A stretch of 32,000 nt of DNA from Acaryochloris marina MBIC11017 (GTDB taxonomy: Bacteria; Cyanobacteriota; Cyanobacteriia; Thermosynechococcales; Thermosynechococcaceae). The notes beneath the pieces are model-generated. The model worked only from the letters and a program-made list of their open reading frames with translations, was not told where the DNA came from and made no database searches. Made by a program: the position numbers and the translations under genes. Position 1 is the stretch's first letter; each line of letters starts with the position of its first letter. This document shows positions 8,716 through 16,300 of this stretch, in pieces. Location of the stretch: contig NC_009928.1 in the NCBI RefSeq assembly GCF_000018105.1, positions 30,001 through 62,000 of the forward strand, in the 5' to 3' direction.

Positions 8716-10809
8716 TTATTGCTGGGCGTAGTTGAGCAGGGTCTGAAGTTGGTCAGGAGAGATTTTGGCCCGCTTTGCTGCCACATCAGCCTTTGCTCCC
8801 CAACGCATCTGGCGAATCATGCCGTTAACTCGCCAATGCATTTCCGAGAGATAGCTATACGTCTGGTTGCCTGACGCTCTAGCGATGTTTAGACCCCTCA
8901 AAAGGGTCGCTGGAGTGATACGGCTATCGGACACATTAGTTTTAGTCAGGGGTATGTTAGCCGTTGGGATAGGCTTTACCTTCTGAGTTAGGGGGACTCG
9001 TCGCACAGGAGGACGTTTGACGATCTTCGGTTTGGGAAGTGTCTGAGCCTGGGGCTTTAAGGTCAAAGGCTGGACCGCTGTCGAAGCTTGATGAACGCGA
9101 GTCCTCTCAGGTGGTTGACCCAGGCGACCTGTGAAGACTCGCGATTGCTCTGGGGTATGAGCAATGGGGGTGGGTGTTCCAATCCGAGTGATGGCAGTAC
9201 TGGGGGCACTGTCAGACCGATTGATCGTTAACTCCATTGAGGAGCGGTTGCAGCCCACTAAATCTTGGATTAAGTTCGTCGATTTCACCTGGGTATTGGG
9301 TTTCCAAGTCAGGTAAATCTTCTGGGTTTGGGGTTGGGGCCGATCCAAGCTCAGGTCAAAGATTCCCCTCGTACCCATATAGGCTTTGGAGACCCGGCAC
9401 CCGCTTGCGGTAAGGTCAATCAGGTGACCATGACCGGGCGCTATCTTAATGGTTTCCGCTGTGGCTGGGGAGATGAGCAGCCCCAACCAGGCCGCGATCA
9501 TGGCGGCAATGGTTTTGTACATGGCGTTTTTCCTTGGCAAGTGCATCTGCTGGGGTGGAGGGTTGCTATCAAAGACAGCTCCTCGCTGTGGTTGTTGGCT
9601 GGTGTCAGGGCCAGCCCGTGATGGAAATCCTCTAAGGCAATCAGATATCGTCGCTAATGGTCTGTGAATAAACTCGGTTACTGCTTGGCAGAATCCCAGA
9701 TGTCCTCGCCCAGTCGTTCCAGGCTCTCCCAGTCCACGGCATCGCTGATCCGCTGGGGAAGGTTGATGCCCCGGTCGATCAGTAGACCCGTCACTGCGAC
9801 CCCCACAAAGAACCAAAAGAGATTCCTGAGCATGGGCAATAACTCCTTTGACTAAGTTGATAGCTTTAGCAGAAAGAGACTCTATAGCAGGGGGAGCCTG
9901 GGAATAAGCGTAAGGATTAATGCTGTTTTCGTAGCAGAAGGAAAGAGGAGCAGGCCAGGTATTGAGGTTTACTCGTTCCTGACCTACTTCTGGTGCTGTT
10001 GATGGGGAGGATCTGCTGAAACTTTGGGAAAATCCTAGTCGAGTATGTTCCAGTTGGTCTTTGGCTGCATTCACGAACTGCGCCAAGCCAACCCGGAACC
10101 ACTGCTTGAGGAGATGGATTGGGATTTGATACTTCGGTGGAATGAAAGGTGGAGGTGCTTTGATTAGGACGAGATTTGTCTTTGTCTCAGGTTCAAGCTC
10201 AATATCAAAATACTCGTCATATTCTTCATCATCCGTGTAGAATGACGCATCATCAATCACAAATTCATGCCAGTCTGGGATTTCTTGAAATGAACGGCCC
10301 CAATAGAGTAAATCCTCGATATATTCCAGCTTTAGGTTCGCTTTTCGGGCAATCTCTTCCAGGTTGGCATCAGGAAACTCGTTTTGGAGTCTGTAAACCC
10401 TATCGAGATGGACTTGTTTTTTCTCGGGCAATCTCAATTGCTTGGGTCTGTTTTTATAGCAGAATCTACGGATATATCCGCGAATCCAGCCTCTTGCATA
10501 GGTGGAGAACTTGCATCCTTTCGTAGAGTCGAATTTCCCCACGGCATGACGGATGCCTAACATCCCCTCTTGGATCAGGTCTTGAGCATCATCCAAAGTC
10601 CATGCGTATTGTTTGGCGAGTTTCGCCACCAAGCGAACATGCCCGATCATCAGCCATGACAAAGAGGTCTCATGGCCTCGCTTAGCTTTGCGGATCAGGT
10701 CTAGCTCTTGCTCTGGGTCTGGGATGGGGAAGCGGTGCAAGAACTGAACGAGATATTCGGGTAGACGGATTCCGTCTGAGAAGGGGCTAGCAATCGTAGT
10801 GGTCGTCAT
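8716..10809 (-). CDS. 697-aa ORF: N-terminal sigma-70 region 2/region 3-like module, ~240-aa low-complexity linker, signal-peptide/TM segment, then a beta-rich periplasmic domain (VirB9-like?) with a Pro-rich spacer and a helical C-terminus
   Basis: The sigma region 2 signature is DLIQEGMLGIRHAVGKFDSTKGCKFSTYARGWIRGYIRR, followed by a region 3-like LRLPEKK...LEEIARKANL. No region 4 HTH is recognisable. A strong SD precedes the start (TAGGAGGTTTGACCCGATG). An internal in-frame ATG at 9520-9522 has its own SD-like AAGGA and a signal-peptide-like MYKTIAAMIAAWLGLLISPATA. Confidence 0.65.
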   Translation of the reverse strand: MTTTTIASPFSDGIRLPEYLVQFLHRFPIPDPEQELDLIRKAKRGHETSLSWLMIGHVRLVAKLAKQYAWTLDDAQDLIQEGMLGIRHAVGKFDSTKGCKFSTYARGWIRGYIRRFCYKNRPKQLRLPEKKQVHLDRVYRLQNEFPDANLEEIARKANLKLEYIEDLLYWGRSFQEIPDWHEFVIDDASFYTDDEEYDEYFDIELEPETKTNLVLIKAPPPFIPPKYQIPIHLLKQWFRVGLAQFVNAAKDQLEHTRLGFSQSFSRSSPSTAPEVGQERVNLNTWPAPLSFCYENSINPYAYSQAPPAIESLSAKAINLVKGVIAHAQESLLVLCGGRSDGSTDRPGHQPSPADQRCRGLGEPGTTGRGHLGFCQAVTEFIHRPLATISDCLRGFPSRAGPDTSQQPQRGAVFDSNPPPQQMHLPRKNAMYKTIAAMIAAWLGLLISPATAETIKIAPGHGHLIDLTASGCRVSKAYMGTRGIFDLSLDRPQPQTQKIYLTWKPNTQVKSTNLIQDLVGCNRSSMELTINRSDSAPSTAITRIGTPTPIAHTPEQSRVFTGRLGQPPERTRVHQASTAVQPLTLKPQAQTLPKPKIVKRPPVRRVPLTQKVKPIPTANIPLTKTNVSDSRITPATLLRGLNIARASGNQTYSYLSEMHWRVNGMIRQMRWGAKADVAAKRAKISPDQLQTLLNYAQQ

Positions 10810-10842
10810 CGGGTCAAACCTCCTACAAGAGGGTGACTGGAA

Positions 10843-11013
10843 TTAGCGAGAGGGTTTGGGATGGAAGTTAATCTTGAGGTGGCTGGGTGTTGGGGAGTGT
10901 TCGTCTGAGATTGCAAGAGCGACCTTGCCATGCCCCGTTTTGCCCCATATCTGGGCATGGCTAAGGATTGGGTTTGGCTGAAGGTTATGGTCTGAAGAGT
11001 TCCTGTCGGTCAT
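10843..11013 (-). CDS. Small (56 aa) hypothetical protein
   Basis: ATG at 11011-11013 preceded by GGAGGACGAACC (a strong SD at good spacing). It lies in the 240-nt gap between the 408-aa gene and the sigma-like gene. The composition is unremarkable and there is no homology signal. Confidence 0.35.
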   Translation of the reverse strand: MTDRNSSDHNLQPNPILSHAQIWGKTGHGKVALAISDEHSPTPSHLKINFHPKPSR

Positions 11014-11049
11014 GGTTCGTCCTCCATGCAAGGCTGAAGTGGGTGGACG

Positions 11050-12276
11050 TTATGCAGGGGTATGAACTGCGGCTTGTAGCGTCTTCCAGGCAAAGGGGAA
11101 TCGCTTGGGGAAAGCTTGGAGTGAATAGTGGGCGTGATAGGCTTCGTCAACGTCCTCACGCGCCAAGCCCGTATCGGTATAGCCCTTGCCATCTACGCCT
11201 AGAATTTCGGTCGAGGCTCCTTGGGCAACCTCCAATCGGCTCACCTGGCGTGGGAAAAACTCCAGAATTACAAAATCGTTCCATCGGGCGCAGCGGTCTT
11301 GAAGGCCATACCGCTGAATATTCTCCACACCCCATTCCGGGCACTCGTCCCAACCGGACCAATACCAATCGTCATCTTCTACACGACACCACAGCGCAAT
11401 AAAGGCAGCTCTGCGGGTTCCTACAACGGGAGCATTCTCGTTCCACCAGCGACAAAGCCGTTGAAGACCTGGAGAACGGTCATACTCTCCGATCTCAAAA
11501 TCGACCTCAACCTGGGTGTCACAGATAGCTTGATGGAGAACATCCGCTGGAATTTCAATGCAAGCATTCTGGCGATGTAGGTCAATGTGAGTTTGGAAGC
11601 TTTGAGCAGGTTCAATATCCCGCAATAAGGTAACGTCCTCCTGGGCGGTGCAGATCAGGTCTGACCAGGCACAAGAGTTGAGGATCAAGGTCTGGTAGAA
11701 TGCCAAGCCGTGAGGGGAATCCATCCGATAGGACTTAAAGGACTTGTCGCCTTTGGTAAAGCTGTCGTCGATATGATTGAGACTGATATGGCTGATGGTA
11801 CGGGCATTCGGATCATAAAAAGTATTGGCCTGATCCATTGAGAATACTTGGCCTTGTTGGGTAAGGATGAACTCTAAAGTAAATCGATGATAGATCGTCA
11901 AAATTGAGTGTTCTATGTCTGAAGGTGTTCGTACCTCCCAAGTCAGATCCAACCACTTAGGGGCCGCATCCAAATCCAATGGAATATCCCAGCCCATCTT
12001 CCGCTCAGCCATCCCCGCGACGTAATAGTTTTCGTTGGGATAGGGCTGTCGAATCGTTACGTCTTTGGGTAAGACTGAGACAGGTTTAGTGGAATCATGG
12101 GGAGCGATAGTGGCTCCAACCAGGGAAATATCACTCAGACCGATATCGCAATAAGGATTAAACAGTTGAGGTTGGATATGGAAGGTGGGTTGTTCGGTAT
12201 CCTTGTGAGGTACGGGCTTACCGTCCGGGGTGACGAGGAGAGTTGCATCTCCGATTTTTGCGATCGCAACTTGCAT
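11050..12276 (-). CDS. Hypothetical 408-aa soluble protein (Trp/Cys/Asp-rich C-terminal part), early gene of the T4SS operon
   Basis: A long ORF with a strong SD (AAGGAGAAAAGAATG), on the same strand as the operon. No motif was recognised. Confidence 0.75.
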   Translation of the reverse strand: MQVAIAKIGDATLLVTPDGKPVPHKDTEQPTFHIQPQLFNPYCDIGLSDISLVGATIAPHDSTKPVSVLPKDVTIRQPYPNENYYVAGMAERKMGWDIPLDLDAAPKWLDLTWEVRTPSDIEHSILTIYHRFTLEFILTQQGQVFSMDQANTFYDPNARTISHISLNHIDDSFTKGDKSFKSYRMDSPHGLAFYQTLILNSCAWSDLICTAQEDVTLLRDIEPAQSFQTHIDLHRQNACIEIPADVLHQAICDTQVEVDFEIGEYDRSPGLQRLCRWWNENAPVVGTRRAAFIALWCRVEDDDWYWSGWDECPEWGVENIQRYGLQDRCARWNDFVILEFFPRQVSRLEVAQGASTEILGVDGKGYTDTGLAREDVDEAYHAHYSLQAFPKRFPFAWKTLQAAVHTPA

Positions 12277-12304
12277 TCTTTTCTCCTTGTGGCGTGAATG
12301 CTTT

Positions 12305-12340
12305 TCTGATGGGTTTAGATAATCTGATGGGTTTAGATAA
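12305..12340. repeat. Perfect tandem direct repeat, 18 bp x2 (TCTGATGGGTTTAGATAA)
   Basis: Read base by base: 12305-12322 equals 12323-12340. It lies in the 87-nt intergenic gap upstream of the 408-aa gene. The core octamer GTTTAGAT recurs as a tandem pair at 18697-18712 on the other strand. Confidence 0.95.
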
Positions 12341-12363
12341 ACTGAAACTCCGACAATGGCTAC

Positions 12364-12804
12364 CTAAGCAGCAGTTGTCGGAGCTACTTGAATTTGGCTC
12401 AATTCCTTCAAGGGTGCGGGTGGGGTTGGAGCAATGGCTAATCGCTGACGGATATAATCCCTGGCCCCACTTTCAGACATACTGTGATCCAGCATCTGCG
12501 CCTGAATATAGGGACCATAAAGAAGGATATTCACCTGATCATCTTTGGAATACCCACTCAACCGCAGCTCCAAGCTCACAAGAGCATCAATTCGCTCACT
12601 TAATTTCGGGTGATCGCAACCGTGCCTATAAAGCTGGTCGTAGGTATATAGAACGGGCATCGACATTAAGCCTTGAACCTTCCAGGCAATTTGAAGGTAT
12701 CTCTCTCGATATTCCTGAATCACCTGTGGATCAAGCTGATCAGAGTTTTGGAGGTCGTTGCTGCCTCCACGGGATTTCCCGGAATCAGTATTTATAGTTA
12801 GCAT
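12364..12804 (-). CDS. Hypothetical 146-aa protein
   Basis: ATG at 12802-12804 preceded by GGGAG 8 nt upstream. The ORF-track start at 12837 is a GTG. The translation looks protein-like (VIQEYRERYLQIAWKVQGLMSMPVLYTYDQLY...), unlike the overlapping plus-strand ORF. Confidence 0.6.
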   Translation of the reverse strand: MLTINTDSGKSRGGSNDLQNSDQLDPQVIQEYRERYLQIAWKVQGLMSMPVLYTYDQLYRHGCDHPKLSERIDALVSLELRLSGYSKDDQVNILLYGPYIQAQMLDHSMSESGARDYIRQRLAIAPTPPAPLKELSQIQVAPTTAA

Positions 12805-12970
12805 GAAAACATCTCCCGTCGCGGAGGTATAGATCACGGCTTGTGCGTTGTGGTAGATGGGCAGGCCGTGGTTTGCAAATTTAACTAGGGATTATTTCTG
12901 TGTAATACAGAAACAGGCAGGACTCCTGTCAGGGATTCCCGTTAGAATTGGCTTTTAAAAAGCAGGCTTG

Positions 12971-12998
12971 GCAAAGGCTAGACCTTTGCTGTTTTGTT
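12971..12998 (+). terminator. Terminator-like hairpin GCAAAGG-CTAGA-CCTTTGC followed by TGTTTTGTT
   Basis: A 7-bp stem, 5-nt loop and T-rich tail, read directly. No convincing plus-strand gene ends upstream, so its function is uncertain. Confidence 0.25.
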
Positions 12999-13386
12999 CA
13001 GGTAGTAGATAGGATTTGGAAGTAAAAAAATTGGGCGAGCAAATGACTTATTTGATTACTCGGAAATACTTTAACGCCAACGGATAGTTCTTGCCAAATT
13101 CACCGTTACAATTGGCAATGATTTTCAATTTCTAGCAATTCAACTGACAAGCAATAAACCACAGAAGCATTACTATAGTTAGACTTCAGACCCCCTCAGA
13201 TTTAATCACCTTGTTCACTAACCGTTACTTCTAGCCTTGATAGTGACAATATCAACTATGAAATGAAAGCAGATTGCTATCACTTCAGACGACATAAAAC
13301 GTTCTACCGAATATCCAATTTTTAAAATAATAATGAAGCTACAGGATCTGCCGATACTTCATATCAGCGAATACAAAGCATCACCC

Positions 13387-16300
13387 TTATGCCGCCAGCT
13401 CTGGCATTCCTCTCTCCAACATCTTCACAGGCAGCGTCATTGCTAACCCCTCCAGAATCGCCATCTGGCCCGATGCACTGACTTCACTCCATACCGAACT
13501 CCATTCCTTGGGCTTGAGCCAGTCAAAGAATACTTCATTTAGGCTCGGCAATAGGTCATTGACGGGTAGATCCGCCAGTTCATCCAAAACACCCGCAATC
13601 GCTTGATGGGTCTCTTGGTTTGGATTTGGCGCGTTGCATAGATTGTTCATTTTGCTATTTAAACCTTTTAATAGCGAAATGAACAGACGCCAGTATCGCG
13701 CAATCGTCCCTCTGGGGATTTGGGTCATTGCTGAAACGATTTGCTGAGTGACCTTCTCGCCTTTGGCTTGGAGTTGGAGAATGGCCGACTCAATGGCGAT
13801 TTCTACTCGCTCTGTTTTATGAGCAGCATCCAGGGTAAGTTCCTTAGCTTGGACTTCCTGAACGAAGCAGTCCATCTCAATGTTGGAAATCAGTACCACT
13901 TGTAGGGATTCATGCGGACGCCGATGTGCCCTCAGTCGCCCGATGGCTTGGTGAATTTCTGCGAGGATGGAGCGGTCAATAAATGCCGTGAATGCTGGAT
14001 TATCCTCTTCTGGATAATATCCACAGACAATGGCGAATTCAGCAGCCAAGTCATTGAGATTGCGGCAGGGAGTGCCGACAAGGACTAGAGTCTGGACGGT
14101 GAGGAAATCATTGACCCCTCGGCTATCGCGCCACCAGGCCCCATCCTTTTCAAACTTCTTGAAGTCAATCGTTCGGGTATTCACTGCATCCAAATCTTGG
14201 TAATGCTGGGCCAAGGCCCCAATACGCTTGGTCTGATCCCCGCCTCTACTCATGCCCACTCGCCCCATGTCCTTCACCTGAATCACCTCTAGGTTTCCGG
14301 TGTCTGGGACAGCTTGGCGCACCACTAGGATTTCATCAGGAGAGCAGCCCAGCTTCAGCGCCAGGTCTTCACGGGATAGAGTGGCATCGAGGAACACATT
14401 GGCTTGGGCAGCTTGAGCTAAGTCTCGATGGCGAGGGTTGGGAGTATTGAGAGTTAAAAGGCCATAGCGACTGACTTGGATACATCCTGCTCCACCCTGC
14501 AAGATGCGGATTAGGGGGATGAGCCACTGCTTAACCACTCCATTCCTAGCCTGCTCAGCCATCTCCGAGTCTCGCTCAGAGAACTTTTTGCGAAGTTGCT
14601 TGGGTAGATCAGCAAGATCCACCCCATAGTCTGAGGTGGTGTTGAGAAAGCCCAGGTTAGGCATCAGGACTTGGGTCAGTTCGCCTAGCTTCACTCCAGC
14701 CATGTCAGGGAGCTTGGCTTTCATCTCCAAGTGATTGAGGCCATACTTTCCCAGCTTCTCAGACCCATCCATTAAGGGCAGCAGCGCAGAGAGTAAGGGC
14801 TGCACTAGGGCAAAGATCTCAGGGTAGGCAATCAGACCTGAAATGGTTTGCTGTAAGTCATTGAAGGTGACGGTCACGGACTGCTTGACCTGGAAGTTTT
14901 GCCCTGGCTCATCCCAGATCAGCATCGTGTTCTCTAAGGGGTAATCCTCTGGGTCTGGTAGTGAGTCGGGATGTGCCCTCAACAGTGGTGTACCCAAGAC
15001 ATTTCGCCGCTGATTCAAGAACCCGTATCCTGGCCCATCCGCATTGATACAGGCTTCTCTGGCAATGCAGGTGCCACAGATGAGATTGGCGGTATCAGCA
15101 CCAGGGATGTTCTTGTCTCGCAGGGCATTCAAGACTCCAATGCGGCTACAGTTAGCAGGAACAGCGAAGGCATCCCCTTTGGCAGATCGTTGGAGTCGAT
15201 TTTTGACCCGGTTGAGTCCTCCATGTCTCGCTTCTAGGTCACACCAGCCATTTCCTTGTTCTAAAGTTGATACGGTGGGATTGCGGTGCTGGTCTGAAAG
15301 ATAAATAACCTGCTCCATCCCAAAGCCAATCGGGGTAACGTTCCCAGAGTCGTAGCTTTTCCCAGTACCCGGTTGGGACTGATCGAGGATATAGGGGAAT
15401 CCTGATGAGATGAGGGTTTCCCAAGTTTGGAGTCGTTGTCCGGGTTGGTATTCGTGGACTAGAGGTGTTGTCGGGCTGAGAGTCCCGTTATCTCCAGGGC
15501 AGCTTTGTAAGCTGCTGCTTCTGGAGTTTGCTGATTGTGCTGTACGTCTTCTAATGCGACTTCGATAATTTTCCAGTCGAAGTTTTGAAATATATCCATG
15601 TCTACGATGAGCTGCAAGGAGTCGTGCAGTGCGACGACGGGATCGTCTAGCTCGACGGCTTGTTGCAGGCAGCGTTGCAAGACGCTCTTCATCTGGTGCA
15701 GTTCGCTTCGTTCTGCGAGATTCAGTGGGGTGGGTTTGTTGGTCATTGGGAGTGGCAAACCCTTGAGCGGGCGATGAAGGACGAGTGAGTTTTGAGAGTG
15801 CCTGCTGAAGCTGATGCAATAGCCCATTACATTGAGCTGCAATCCGTTCAAAGTCAGCCACAGACAAATATTGAATCTGGCTTAGGTCATCCAGTTCATC
15901 AATGTCAGTGTGGATGCGTTTGTCTGTCTGCTTCCACCAGGCAACGGTGACAGTGTAACCCCACTCCTTCAGCAGCGCCCAGGTTGACCGGTATTGCCGC
16001 AGTACTGACTTGTTCTGAATCGCCCCAGCATCGGGGTAGAACTCGATAGTTGTTATCCCAAGCTGGGCTAGGGTTGCTTTCAAGGTTTCAGGGGATGCCG
16101 CGAACAATCCCCCCGCTGCGCCGATGGTCACTTGGCCCATGCGCTGAGCTAGGAGGTGAGGTTTTGCTCCAGTACCTTCAACGAGTGCGAATGCATCTCT
16201 CGTGATTTGCTCTGGACGGTGGATGGCTAGGGGTAATTCACCATTGCGAAGGTGGGGTGTGGGTCCGTTGGGCCGTTTCCTAGTTTTGCCTGTGAGCCAG

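Noticed and set aside
12243-12797. 184-aa plus-strand ORF overlapping the 146-aa minus-strand gene and the start of the 408-aa gene
   Set aside because: The translation is Arg/Ser-rich and random-looking. Its N-terminus is just the read-through of the 18-bp tandem repeat (LMGLDNLMGLDK). It overlaps the strong SD and ATG of the 408-aa gene. The minus-strand ORF is more protein-like and is co-directional with the operon.
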